Source of the DNA: Polyangiales bacterium
GTDB lineage: Bacteria; Myxococcota_A; Polyangia; Polyangiales; Houyiibacteriaceae
Direction of reading: 5' to 3'
Assembly: GCA_045106895.1 (NCBI GenBank)
Contig: JBGCFM010000131.1
Span: forward strand, 1-46,633
Length of the DNA stretch: 46,633 bases
Of the stretch, positions 8,769 through 18,537 are shown piece after piece; the first letter of the stretch is position 1; each line of letters opens with the position of its first letter. The notes beneath the pieces are model-generated. The model saw only the letters and a list, made by a program, of their open reading frames with translations, was not told the origin of the DNA and searched no databases. A program made the position numbers and the translations under genes.

Positions 8769-9980
8769 TTACATCTCCATCAAAGGGATGCAGTCACGGT
8801 CTCGTGACGCGGTCCCTGGGGTCGGCGCCTCGCCTATGGGACAGTCTCGCCAAGGTCGGCATTCGAGGGCGTTTGACTCATCCGAGAAGGTGCCCGCGCC
8901 GCAGCCTTCGCAGAGGCGGTCACGACGCGCATCGCCGGCTTCGAGGATGTACGTGCCCGGGACACACTCCGTCCACGTTGCGCATACGGTTGCGGGGTCA
9001 GCATCGTGGTCCCAGGTCGGTGCGGCACACGTGCTGCGTGGAGCCTCCCCGCCAGCGCAGTATTCTCCGGTGATGCAGTCTGCGCAGCGCACCGGGCTGC
9101 TGGGGGTGCCCGCGCGGGTCTGGACGCTCCCCGCGGAGCAAAGCTCGAGTTCGATGCACTGTGCCTGGTTTACGCCGCTGCTGTAGCGACCGTCAGGGCA
9201 ACTCTCGCAGCTTCGATCCGACGTAGTCGTCCCTTCGGTTTGCACATAGCTCCCGCGCAGGCAGTCCGTCCAGTCTGCGCATGACTCGGCGTCGTTGCTC
9301 AAGCTGAAGGTCCCGCTCTCACACCCCGCGCATTCTTGGTCAGACACATCGCTTCCGGCGACTTGAACGTACTCTCCGGCCTCGCATACAGACCAAGGCC
9401 TACACGGCGTCTCTACGTTGTCGTCGTCGTCGAAGCTTCCTGCCGGACAACGGGGTCCCGCGTCGACACCAGAATCCGTCGCAGCGTCGCCGGCGTCGCT
9501 TGGAACCCCGCCATCGCTTGGAACGCCACCGTCGACAACGCCGCCATCGCTTGGAACGCCGCCGTCGACAACGCCGCCGTCGCTTGGAACGCTGCCGTCG
9601 ACAACACCGCCGTCGCTTGGAACGCTAGCGTCCACACCGGCCTCGCTGACGCCACCGTCTGGCGGAACGCCAGCCTCGCTCGGAACGCTTCCGTCGCTGA
9701 ACACGCTGCCGTCGCTAAAAATGCTCGCGTCGCCAGGAAAGCTGGCGTCGCTTCCAAGAACGATGGCGTCGAAGGCAGCATCTGCGCTGCCATCACGGCC
9801 CGCGTCCGCAGGCCCGGCGTCTTCAGATGTCGCGTCCAAGCCACGCGCGTCTATCCAGACAACATCCAGCAGGGGCACGTCGAAGCCGGCGTCATGTCCT
9901 TCAGCCTGCGGTGAGCTACAGGCCCCGCTGATGAAGGCCAAGCACAGCATGAGATCTCCACGAATGGGCGCGCGTCGCAT
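8769..9980 (-). CDS. Cys-rich lipoprotein with TNFR-like cysteine-rich repeats
   Basis: Lipobox ISGAC, a D/G-rich repetitive linker, then repeated 'C..GTFS......C.PW..C..G.......G....D..C' modules. Confidence 0.8.
   Translation of the reverse strand: MRRAPIRGDLMLCLAFISGACSSPQAEGHDAGFDVPLLDVVWIDARGLDATSEDAGPADAGRDGSADAAFDAIVLGSDASFPGDASIFSDGSVFSDGSVPSEAGVPPDGGVSEAGVDASVPSDGGVVDGSVPSDGGVVDGGVPSDGGVVDGGVPSDGGVPSDAGDAATDSGVDAGPRCPAGSFDDDDNVETPCRPWSVCEAGEYVQVAGSDVSDQECAGCESGTFSLSNDAESCADWTDCLRGSYVQTEGTTTSDRSCESCPDGRYSSGVNQAQCIELELCSAGSVQTRAGTPSSPVRCADCITGEYCAGGEAPRSTCAAPTWDHDADPATVCATWTECVPGTYILEAGDARRDRLCEGCGAGTFSDESNALECRPWRDCPIGEAPTPGTASRDRDCIPLMEM
9494..9624. repeat. 33-nt coding tandem repeat (PSDGGVVDGGV)
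   Basis: TCGCTTGGAAC recurs at 9496, 9514, 9547, 9580 and 9613. Confidence 0.85.
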
Positions 9981-10019
9981 TCCATGGTTTACGGCGCTCC
10001 CGGTCAGACTCTGAAGGCT

Positions 10020-10619
10020 TCACGTCCAAGCACACTCGTAGTTCGCGCTGGTTTCCGTGTATTTCAACAGCCGCGACGTGACATTCTCCCCGCCTGTGAG
10101 TTCCGCCGCGCCTCTAAAAAGGGGCACGTTCGAGAGCAGGTTGAAACGGTTGTGCAGGCGCGGCGGAAACGTCATGCGAAAGGAAACCCGTTTTCCCGTG
10201 TTTGCGAGAAGCTCGATGTAGGTCCCGCGCTGGAACAGACCGTGGGTGCGCGCCGACATCGCGTAGAACATACGCGGTCCAGAGACTCGCAGAATGGCCG
10301 CATAGAAGGGGTTTTTGGCGGCGGCTTTGGTGCGTTCATAGCACCACTCCATCATCCGCTCTTCCGTGGGGTAGTACCTGTCGCAGATCAGATGGAAGAT
10401 GGCGTCGCTGTGGGTCGCTGGCATCCACACGCCCATCGGTGGCGGATTGAGAATGAGCTCGGCGAGCTCCTCGGGTGCGCCTTCGGCGAGCTCGCGCGGG
10501 TCCACATCTGCCAACGCGTTGAGGGCGACGGTGGTCTTCGTCTGGCACTCGGGATAGCTCGCGAGCCCATGGGGCAGCGATTGAGTGTACTCCCGAAGCC
10601 TGCGTCCTTCTTCCGGCAT
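10020..10619 (-). CDS. Myxobacterial hypothetical protein (possibly DUF2378-like)
   Basis: 199-aa ORF coupled to the upstream kinase by a TGATG overlap at 10617-10621; begins 'EYTQSLPHGLASYPEC'. Confidence 0.7.
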   Translation of the reverse strand: MPEEGRRLREYTQSLPHGLASYPECQTKTTVALNALADVDPRELAEGAPEELAELILNPPPMGVWMPATHSDAIFHLICDRYYPTEERMMEWCYERTKAAAKNPFYAAILRVSGPRMFYAMSARTHGLFQRGTYIELLANTGKRVSFRMTFPPRLHNRFNLLSNVPLFRGAAELTGGENVTSRLLKYTETSANYECAWT

Positions 10620-12238
10620 CAATCGAAACGCCCAAAATCGCCGAGAGGTTCCATGGCGGAATCCATGCTCATTCCCATCGACGTTCGTCGCCTTCGAAGC
10701 AGGACGTTCACCTGCATTTCGCCGACGGCATCGATCTCTTCCACCCGGCGAGCGTACCCCGTCCGCCGAAAGGTCAAACGTACCGGCCCTGATTCAGCAA
10801 GCTCGATGTCCAGAGGCGTGCGGCCTTGAAGCTCTCGGCCGATGTACACGTTGGCGCGCGAAGGTCGTGACTCGACGTGAAGTGTGGCCCCTTCGGACGT
10901 CTCCTGCGTGCCCATCGCGACGCTCTGTGCGCCCCGGCTCTCGGGTATCAGCGTCACCGCCTCCACGGAGCCAAGAGCTCGCCGCTCCTCGGGTGGGTGG
11001 CCTTCCACGTCTCCGCCAACGGGCGCGGTGAGCTCGCCGTTGACGTGCGTGATCCAGCCGTACGCAGCGAGGCCAACGCCACCGAGGATCAAAAGCGAAA
11101 GGGCGCCGATGAGCCATACGTTTCTTCCCGACGAGGGAGAGCTGCGACGGGCCGGGGCGACGCTCGCAGGCGTCTCCACGACAATCTCTTCCTCCGCCAC
11201 GCCTGGGAAAAACGATGCGACGGAGGGCGTTGGTAGTGGGTACTCGGCGGAAGACTCCATGCCATGGGTGCCGTCTCGCACCGCGCTCATCTGCTGGCGC
11301 TTTGTTGCCCGGCGCGCGGAGAAATACTCGACCATGAGTTTGGCGAGCTTCTCTTCCACGCGAGACTCGGGGTCCAGCTCACGGAGTCCTAGGCGCAGGT
11401 CCCGTCGGAACTCCTGTGCGCTCGCATAACGATCGTTTGGGTCTCGGGCGAGGGCCTGCTTTAGGACTTTCACAAGCCACATCGGAACCGTCGCGCCTCC
11501 TGGGAGCGACGGCTCAGGGAGGGGCTCATCGCAGATGGCACGCATCGCCGCGTGGGCGCTGTCACGTTTGAAGAGGCGGCGGGCGGACACCAATTCAAAG
11601 AGCACAACCCCGAGGGCGAAGATGTCGACGCGCCGGTCCAAGGGCTCTTCCAGAAACTGCTCCGGCGCCATGTAGCCGTACTTGCCTTTGAGTTCACCGG
11701 TCTGCGTCAGCGTGTCCTGGTGCTCCGTCTTCGCGATGCCAAAGTCGATGAGCTTTGCGACGCCGGCGTAAGTGACGAGGATGTTCTGCGGAGACACATC
11801 TCGATGAACAAGCTTCAGATGCTCACCCGCATCATTCCTCTGCTCGTGGGCCGCGTGCAGGCCAGCAGCGGCTTGCGCGACGATATGAACGGCGACGGCC
11901 AAGGGAACCGCCCTACCCGCCTTGCGCACGGCGCGCAGCAGAGTCGTCGCGCTCTCCCCTTCGACGTACTCCATGGCGAGGAAAAGCTCATCTTGCTCCG
12001 CACCAAACTCGATGACCTGGACCACGTTGGGGTGCCGCACAAACGAGAGCGCGCGCGCTTCATCGCGAAACATCGAGCGAAACGACTCTTCTTGGGCAAA
12101 CTCGGGGCGAATCCGCTTGATGACCACAGGCGTCGAGATGCCCTCGGCGCCCTGCAGGACCCCAAGAAATACCTCGCCCATTCCACCCTGAGCCAGAGCA
12201 GTCACGACGCCGTAACGCCCTATCCGTCTTGGGCTCAT
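10619..12238 (-). CDS. Transmembrane Ser/Thr protein kinase with C-terminal PEGA domain
   Basis: Start MSPRRIGRY. AQGGMG, VIKRI, HRDVSPQN, DFG and GKYGYMAPEQ motifs; one TM helix; PEGA 'VESRPSRANVYI...GRTPL'. Confidence 0.9.
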   Translation of the reverse strand: MSPRRIGRYGVVTALAQGGMGEVFLGVLQGAEGISTPVVIKRIRPEFAQEESFRSMFRDEARALSFVRHPNVVQVIEFGAEQDELFLAMEYVEGESATTLLRAVRKAGRAVPLAVAVHIVAQAAAGLHAAHEQRNDAGEHLKLVHRDVSPQNILVTYAGVAKLIDFGIAKTEHQDTLTQTGELKGKYGYMAPEQFLEEPLDRRVDIFALGVVLFELVSARRLFKRDSAHAAMRAICDEPLPEPSLPGGATVPMWLVKVLKQALARDPNDRYASAQEFRRDLRLGLRELDPESRVEEKLAKLMVEYFSARRATKRQQMSAVRDGTHGMESSAEYPLPTPSVASFFPGVAEEEIVVETPASVAPARRSSPSSGRNVWLIGALSLLILGGVGLAAYGWITHVNGELTAPVGGDVEGHPPEERRALGSVEAVTLIPESRGAQSVAMGTQETSEGATLHVESRPSRANVYIGRELQGRTPLDIELAESGPVRLTFRRTGYARRVEEIDAVGEMQVNVLLRRRRTSMGMSMDSAMEPLGDFGRFD

Positions 12239-12268
12239 GCTAGTGTCCGCCAAGCACTGAAGCGTATC

Positions 12269-13045
12269 GTGAAACTCGTAATAAGAGCAATTTTGGCAGG
12301 TGTTGTTGCTGCCGCCATGGGCGCGCAGTGGCTCGCTGCGTGTCCTGCCCAAGCACAGGACGACGAACGGCGAGTCAGCCTGCGTTTGTACAACGAAGCC
12401 GCTGAGGACTACAGCGCCGGTCGTTTCGATGACGCGGCGGACAAGCTTGAGACCGCACACCGACTCTTCCCGGAACCGATCCTCCTCTATAACTTGGGCC
12501 GCGCCCTCGAAGGCGGCGGCGACAACGAGGGAGCTCTCGATGCGTACCGCGAGTTCTTAGAAGTCGCAGACGAAGACGCCGAAGAGCGGCCCATGACGCG
12601 CTCCCGCATCGAAGTCGTCGAGGGACTCATCGCAGAAGAAAACAGGGCGGACGAAGAACGAGAAGCCCGATTAGCCCGAGAAGCACAGGCAGCCAGAGAG
12701 CTTGAGCTGCAAGCGGAGCTCGCCGCGGCGCCCTCAGAAGAATCTCCGGGCTATGGGCTGCCCATCGGGTTGACCATCTCCGCGGCCCTCGTCGCCGGAG
12801 CAGGCGTACCGCTGCAGTTACGCGCGCAGTCACTAAACGACGAAGCCGCAGCACCGGCGACGTCCCAAGCGCGAGCGGCGGAGCTAAACGCGCAAGCCCG
12901 GCGTAACGCTTTCGGGGGCATCGGGCTCTTCGCTGCAGGGGGTGTCCTCGCCGTCGTCTCCGTCGCCCTCTTTGTCGTCCGCAAGAACCAGCGCGCCGAA
13001 GTCTCCCTCGGGCCAACGAGCGCCAGCATTCGCGTTCGCTTCTAG
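12269..13045 (+). CDS. Exported TPR protein with C-terminal hydrophobic segments
   Basis: GTG start with signal peptide; 'YSAGRFDDAA..LETAHRLFPEPILLYNLGRALE'; ends in a beta-strand motif 'SASIRVRF'. Confidence 0.8.
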   Translation: MKLVIRAILAGVVAAAMGAQWLAACPAQAQDDERRVSLRLYNEAAEDYSAGRFDDAADKLETAHRLFPEPILLYNLGRALEGGGDNEGALDAYREFLEVADEDAEERPMTRSRIEVVEGLIAEENRADEEREARLAREAQAARELELQAELAAAPSEESPGYGLPIGLTISAALVAGAGVPLQLRAQSLNDEAAAPATSQARAAELNAQARRNAFGGIGLFAAGGVLAVVSVALFVVRKNQRAEVSLGPTSASIRVRF

Positions 13046-13067
13046 CGAGGGTTCGCTCAACGAGAGC

Positions 13068-13145
13068 GGAGTGTAAAAACACGGCATTCGCGTCAGACTT
13101 TCAACAGAAGTTGGTCTGACGGCCGTTACTCCTTTTCCAAGGAGT
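13068..13145 (+). promoter_or_regulatory. Structured leader / possible sigma-28-like promoter upstream of the chemoreceptor
   Basis: GTCAGAC..GTCTGAC hairpin (13092-13120). ACTCCTT-ttcc-AAGGAGT hairpin (13128-13145) covers the SD. TCAAC-N16-GCCGTTAC resembles a FliA promoter. Confidence 0.4.
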
Positions 13146-13152
13146 TCCGAGA

Positions 13153-15756
13153 ATGGCGAATACAGCGTTAGACATGCCGACCACTGGCGAGGCGGAAACC
13201 ACGCTCAGCGAAGTGTATGAAGCACTCATGCTGGTGGAGTATTCCCCCGCTGGCCGAGTTCTGCGGGCAAGTCCCAGGGCATGTGAACTCTACGGAGGCG
13301 AGGAAGACGAACTCGTCGGCCTATCTCACTCAAACCTCTGTCCCGGCGAAACGAGCGTTAGTTCCAAACGCTTCTGGAAAAAGCTCAGCAACGGCGAAGC
13401 ACAATCCGGACTCTTCAAGCGTCAGACGGTGGATGGTCGCTCGTTGCATCTGCAGGGGAGCTACGTTCCGATCGTCGATGCGACGGGCGAGGTCACGAAA
13501 GTCGTCTCCAGTGTGTGTGACGTAACGGCGACGTACCGGAAGCTCGACGAAGCAAACGGAACCATCTCGGCACTTCGCCGCTCCCAAGGTGTCATCGAGT
13601 TCGAACTCGATGGAACGATCGTGGAAGCGAATGACGCGTTTCTGGAGACCGTGGGGTATTCCGAGGACGAGGTCGTCGGCAAACACCATCGAATGTTCTG
13701 CTCGCCGGAGGAGGCACAAAGCCCAGCCTACAGAGATTTCTGGCAGAAGCTGCGTCGCGGTGAGTTCGACACCGGTGTCTACCAACGCATCCGCAAAGAC
13801 GGCTCGAAAGCGTCGATCCGAGCTTCCTACAATCCAATTCTCGATGAAGATGGGAAGGCCGTCCGGGTCATCAAGTTCGCCTCTGACATCACAGAGTCGC
13901 GGCGCATGGAAGCAAAGCAACGTGGTGTCGCCGAAGCGATTTCTCGTTCGCAAGCGGTCATCGAGTTTGAGCTCGACGGGACCATCGTCACCGCCAATGA
14001 GAACTTTCTTAAGACCCTCGGCTACACACTTGATGAAGTGGTGGGCAAACATCATCGAATGTTCTGCTCCCCCGAAGAGACGCAGGGTCCCGAATACGAA
14101 GCCTTCTGGCAGAAACTACGCCAAGGGAAGTTCGACGCCGGTGTCTACCAACGCATCCGCAAAGACGGGTCCGAGGTCACGATTCGAGCCTCCTACAACC
14201 CCATCCTCGACGAGTCGGGCAAACCCATTCGCGTCATGAAATTCGCCGCTGACATCACGGAGTCGCGGCGCGAGGAAGCAAAGCATCGTGGACTCGCCGA
14301 AGCCATTTCCCGTTCACAAGCCGTCATCGAGTTCAAGCTCGACGGAACCATCATTACCGCCAATGAGAACTTCCTGAACACACTCGGCTACACGCTTGAT
14401 GAAGTAGTGGGCAAACACCACCGAATTTTCTGCTCCCCCGAAGAGGCGCAAAGTCCCGCATACAAGACATTCTGGCAAAAGCTCCAGCGCGGTGAGTTCG
14501 ACGCCGGGGTCTACCAACGCATCGGCAAAGACGGCTCCGAGGTCACAATTCGGGCCTCCTACAACCCGATTCTCGATCACCACGGTCAGCCCCGAAGCGT
14601 CATCAAGTTCGCCTCCGATATCACGGAGGTCACTCAGCGAAACGCAGAATTCGAAGGTCTTGTTCGCGCCATTGAGCGCTCCCAAGCGATGATCGAGTTC
14701 GATCTCGATGGCACCATCTTGAACGCCAACAAGAATTTCTTGGCTGTCGTAGGCTACTCCCTCGACGACCTCTTGGGACGTCACCATCGCACTCTTTGCG
14801 AATCAGAATACACCAGCAGCAGAGAATACCAGGAGTTCTGGGAGAGCCTGCGAAGCGGCAACTATGACACAGGGCGATACAAGCGGATTGGTCAAAACAA
14901 CAAAGAAGTGTGGATCCAAGCGAGCTACAACCCCATCGTCGATGTACATGGGAAGCCCACAAAAGTCGTCAAGTTCGCCACGGACATCACGGCCCAGGTA
15001 GAGGTCGAAGGCACCGTCGCCCGCACCGCCGATGAAGTGAAGGTCCGGACGCAGAACATCATGGTCCGAGCTTCCGAAGTCGCAGAGCAGTCAGAGCGAC
15101 TGGGCATGACATGCCAGGAAATGTCGGCGAACGTGGAAGAGCTCACCGCCTCCATCGCGTCCATCGCCGATGGGAGCAGTCACGCAAACAGCCTCGCGAA
15201 GGAAGCGAGTGGCGAAGCCGAGGTCGGCATGACAGCCATCCGCGAGTCCCTGGAGGCGATGGATGACATCAATCGCTCATCGGATGAAGTTGCTGAGATC
15301 GTCAAAGTCATCAGCGAAATCGCGAGTCAGACGAACCTACTCGCATTCAACGCCGCCATTGAGGCCGCACGGGCAGGTCAGCATGGTCGGGGTTTTGCCG
15401 TCGTCGCCGACGAAGTCCGCAAGCTCGCCGAACGTAGCTCCAAGGCGACCAACGACATCTCCAAGCTCATCAGCGAAACGACGCGCCGTATTCGAACTGG
15501 CAGCGACGTCTCCAGACGAGCCGCGGACGCCTTCACCGGCATCGTGACCAAGGTCGAATCGACCTACCAAGCCGTCACGCAGATTGCCACTGCAGCACAG
15601 GAGCAATCCATCGCAGCGGATGAAGTGAACGCGGGCATTCAACAGGTCTCGATGGAGAGTGAGAAGACCGCGCGTTCCTCCGAGGAGATTTCCACAGCTT
15701 GCAACGACCTGGACACCAACTCGACGGAACTCGTCAACATCGCGAGGAACCTTTGA
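13153..15756 (+). CDS. Soluble methyl-accepting chemotaxis protein with five PAS domains (BdlA-like)
   Basis: No TM helix. Repeated '[21 protein letters not shown]...[10 protein letters not shown]...FW..L..G' units; MCP hairpin '[40 protein letters not shown]'; SD AAGGAG. Confidence 0.95.
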   Translation: MANTALDMPTTGEAETTLSEVYEALMLVEYSPAGRVLRASPRACELYGGEEDELVGLSHSNLCPGETSVSSKRFWKKLSNGEAQSGLFKRQTVDGRSLHLQGSYVPIVDATGEVTKVVSSVCDVTATYRKLDEANGTISALRRSQGVIEFELDGTIVEANDAFLETVGYSEDEVVGKHHRMFCSPEEAQSPAYRDFWQKLRRGEFDTGVYQRIRKDGSKASIRASYNPILDEDGKAVRVIKFASDITESRRMEAKQRGVAEAISRSQAVIEFELDGTIVTANENFLKTLGYTLDEVVGKHHRMFCSPEETQGPEYEAFWQKLRQGKFDAGVYQRIRKDGSEVTIRASYNPILDESGKPIRVMKFAADITESRREEAKHRGLAEAISRSQAVIEFKLDGTIITANENFLNTLGYTLDEVVGKHHRIFCSPEEAQSPAYKTFWQKLQRGEFDAGVYQRIGKDGSEVTIRASYNPILDHHGQPRSVIKFASDITEVTQRNAEFEGLVRAIERSQAMIEFDLDGTILNANKNFLAVVGYSLDDLLGRHHRTLCESEYTSSREYQEFWESLRSGNYDTGRYKRIGQNNKEVWIQASYNPIVDVHGKPTKVVKFATDITAQVEVEGTVARTADEVKVRTQNIMVRASEVAEQSERLGMTCQEMSANVEELTASIASIADGSSHANSLAKEASGEAEVGMTAIRESLEAMDDINRSSDEVAEIVKVISEIASQTNLLAFNAAIEAARAGQHGRGFAVVADEVRKLAERSSKATNDISKLISETTRRIRTGSDVSRRAADAFTGIVTKVESTYQAVTQIATAAQEQSIAADEVNAGIQQVSMESEKTARSSEEISTACNDLDTNSTELVNIARNL
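13576..15039 (+). repeat. Four ~366-bp tandem PAS-coding repeats
   Basis: Equivalent positions at 13576, 13942, 14308 and 14674 give an exact 366-bp period. Confidence 0.85.
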
Positions 15757-16571
15757 GCCTTGGAGAACTCGACAGCCAGACCTTCGGTTCGCTCGCCCAG
15801 CTTGCACACCGTCTGACCGGCATTCACCTCGACGAGCGTAAACAAGGCATGTTGCTCAGCCGGATTCGTCGAGAAGCAAGAGCGCTCGGGCACTCCACCT
15901 ACCAAGAGTACCTTGGCTCGATTCAAGGTGCGTCACACGGCTCGCCGGACGTGGACAGTTTCGTCGACGCGATCACGACGAACAAGACCAGCTTCTTTCG
16001 CACTCTCTCCGTCTGGCGCTATCTCATTCAGGAACACCTGCCGAAACGTACGTCCACAAGACGGCCGATGCGATGGTGGTCTGGTGCGTCGTCCACGGGC
16101 GAGGAAGCGGCATCCATCGCCATGCTCTGCGAGACGTTTCGGCAAAGCGATCCCAGTTTTCGTTATGAGGTCTTCGCCAGTGATATCTCGACGGCCATGG
16201 TGAAAGTCGCGGAAGCGCAATCGTTCGACAACGCGTGGATCGCACGCTCACGAGTGCCCGAGTCCATCAAGATTGACGACTTCTTCGACGTCGATGGGGA
16301 GCGCTCTGTTCTCCGGCCAGCTCTTCGAAAGAACCTCTCCTTCGCACAGCACAACCTCCTCGCACCGATCGGGCGCGGCCGTTTTGATGTCGCCTGCGTA
16401 CGCAACGTCATCATCTACTTCACCAAAGAAGACCAACGCAAAGTACTCGACCACGCCATTGAAGCACTCGTGCCTGACGGTCTGCTTATCACCGGTGACT
16501 CCGAATCTCCTCTCCAGCTAACCAACAGACTGAAGTTCATCGCGCCATGTCTTTTTCGTCGAGTCCGCTAG
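15753..16571 (+). CDS. cheR: Chemotaxis protein methyltransferase CheR
   Basis: TTGA overlap with the MCP stop. '[10 protein letters not shown]', '[15 protein letters not shown]', 'ASDIS', 'RNVIIYF', 'G.SE'. Confidence 0.92.
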   Translation: MSLGELDSQTFGSLAQLAHRLTGIHLDERKQGMLLSRIRREARALGHSTYQEYLGSIQGASHGSPDVDSFVDAITTNKTSFFRTLSVWRYLIQEHLPKRTSTRRPMRWWSGASSTGEEAASIAMLCETFRQSDPSFRYEVFASDISTAMVKVAEAQSFDNAWIARSRVPESIKIDDFFDVDGERSVLRPALRKNLSFAQHNLLAPIGRGRFDVACVRNVIIYFTKEDQRKVLDHAIEALVPDGLLITGDSESPLQLTNRLKFIAPCLFRRVR

Positions 16572-17077
16572 TCAGCCCACAGCTGGTCACCAAGCACGTC
16601 GGCATCGGCGAGCTTGAACTGGCACATGGAGCCTCGCTTCTCCAAGCCAACCTGGGCTCATGCTTGGGGATCGCTGTGATTTGGCCGGAGAAAGGTGTCT
16701 GCGCGTTGTCGCATGTACTTCTTCCACACAAGAACGAGAAGACGGACCTTCGTTTCTCTCGCTACGCAAATACCGCGGTGGCGCATCTGATTCGCCGAAT
16801 GAAAGTCCCACGAGACGATGTGCAGCATCTCTCTGCCATCATTGCTGGCGGAGCTGCGATGTTCGAGCGTAATCGGGGAGTCGGCGCGCAGAACATCAAA
16901 GAGGGACTTCAGGCCCTTCGAGAAGCCCGTGTGCGCTTGATCGCTCGTGATGTAGGCGGCGAGGTCGGCCGCCGACTCCTCATCGACTGTCATGCTCTAA
17001 AAGTCAGCAGTATTCGACTCCTAAAGAACGAGACAGAGGAACAGGAATGGACCATACGACCACGCCGCAAACGATAG
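16547..17077 (+). CDS. cheD: Chemoreceptor glutamine deamidase CheD
   Basis: 'VGIGE', 'LGSCLGI', 'HVLLP', 'RYA', 'AGGAAMF', 'VGAQNI', 'DVGG..GR'. Confidence 0.9.
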   Translation: MSFSSSPLVSPQLVTKHVGIGELELAHGASLLQANLGSCLGIAVIWPEKGVCALSHVLLPHKNEKTDLRFSRYANTAVAHLIRRMKVPRDDVQHLSAIIAGGAAMFERNRGVGAQNIKEGLQALREARVRLIARDVGGEVGRRLLIDCHALKVSSIRLLKNETEEQEWTIRPRRKR

Positions 17078-18537
17078 TGTCGGAGGAACGCGAACCACCA
17101 CTGGACGCTCTCGAGAGCAACGACGAAACCTATGGATCGTTTTGGCTCGGCTCGTCGGAGTTCATTGTCGCCGCGGCTCATGTTCGCGAAGTCGTGCCCT
17201 TCCCTTCTTGTTACATCGGGATCCCGCTCACCCCGGACTACGTGCTTGGCGCGTTCGATCTCCGAGGACGCGTGGTGCCCATCGTATGCATGGCGACGCT
17301 CCTCGGCCTTGAACCGCCCTCCCGCGAAGAAGGAACAGCCCGCGTCGCGATCATTGGTTGCGGAAACGAACTCATCGGAGCCGTGTTCTCGCGCACGGGG
17401 AATGTACTCCGGGTTGCCCCCCAAGAGCTTCAGCGAGTTCATCACGCACCGGGAGAAAAGAACCCGGTGGTCTCAGCGCTCTTGAGCTTGGATGAAGGTG
17501 CACGAATTCTTCAGGTTTTGTCGGCGGAGCTTATCGCTTGCATCGAGAGCGTTCCCCGCGGCGATGGGGCCGACGAGTACGCGGAAGAGCTCGAAGTCCC
17601 CAAAGAGCGTTTCGTCGCAGTCGCCGTCGGTGACATGCATGTCGCCCTTCGCGGCTCGAGCGTCATCGAGATTCAGGAATGCCTGGAGATACGAGAAGGA
17701 AGCGCTTTCTTTCAGCATTCCGCCGGCCTTGTGAGCCTCCGCGGAGAACTCCTTCCCGTGCTGCGACTCGACGACGCGCTTGGGTGCGCGACGGGAACGC
17801 CGCCGGACCGACAACGCCTCGTCTTTGCCCAAGATGAGAAAGTGGTCGCGGCCTTGATGGTGGACGCCGTCCTCGACGTCTTCGAGGTCGAGGAGTCCGC
17901 GATTCGCACTGTCGCTTTTCTCGGAAGGCTGCCTACGGGAGGCATCTGCGATCAAGTCGTCACTCGGGGCCCAGAAGATCATCTCATAGTCCTCGAAATC
18001 CCTGCGCTCTTCGAACGAGTCGAACTCGATGAATCGCTCTTGGAAAACAAGGATGCGCTCGCACGGCTCCGGCCCCAAGCGGTACCGGAAACCCAAGAGT
18101 CCGATGAACTCAGCTATCTTGTCTTCACCCTGGGTGCTCAGCGCTTTGGGCTTCCGATCTCCTGCATCCGAGAGATTCATGAGTTCCCGGATTCGTTCCT
18201 TCGACCTCCAGGTCATGACAGTCGCTTCGTTGGTATGATGCACCTTCGAGGCTCCATCGTGAGCCTCATCGATCTGCGCTCTCGCTACGAAGTCGAAGGC
18301 CTGACTCCACTCGAAGAAACCAAAGTTCTCATCGTGGACTCCGCGTCCAGCGTGGGCTTCTTGGTCGATGGACTCGACGGGATCGTTCACACAAGCGCCC
18401 AAGCTCGACTGGAGATTCCAAAGCTCGGAAGCCCCGAGGAGCAGCCGAGCTACAGTGAGCACGTCGAATATGTCCTGTCTTCCGACGATGGAGCCGTATT
18501 GGCGCTCAACCCCGACCGTCTTTTCTCCGCAGCCTAG
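17047..18537 (+). CDS. cheW: Triple-CheW-domain coupling protein
   Basis: Three CheW cores: 'VREV..GAFDLRGRVVPIV', 'VIEI..GLVSLRGELLPVL', 'IREI..GMMHLRGSIVSLIDL'. Confidence 0.88.
   Translation: MDHTTTPQTIVSEEREPPLDALESNDETYGSFWLGSSEFIVAAAHVREVVPFPSCYIGIPLTPDYVLGAFDLRGRVVPIVCMATLLGLEPPSREEGTARVAIIGCGNELIGAVFSRTGNVLRVAPQELQRVHHAPGEKNPVVSALLSLDEGARILQVLSAELIACIESVPRGDGADEYAEELEVPKERFVAVAVGDMHVALRGSSVIEIQECLEIREGSAFFQHSAGLVSLRGELLPVLRLDDALGCATGTPPDRQRLVFAQDEKVVAALMVDAVLDVFEVEESAIRTVAFLGRLPTGGICDQVVTRGPEDHLIVLEIPALFERVELDESLLENKDALARLRPQAVPETQESDELSYLVFTLGAQRFGLPISCIREIHEFPDSFLRPPGHDSRFVGMMHLRGSIVSLIDLRSRYEVEGLTPLEETKVLIVDSASSVGFLVDGLDGIVHTSAQARLEIPKLGSPEEQPSYSEHVEYVLSSDDGAVLALNPDRLFSAA

Noticed and set aside
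11552..12460. Long N-terminal extensions of the TPR and kinase ORFs in the track
   Set aside because: They overlap each other on opposite strands. Starts at 12238 (-) and 12269 (+) give proper domain and signal-peptide boundaries. The same applies to the extensions at 22381, 36395 and 43812.
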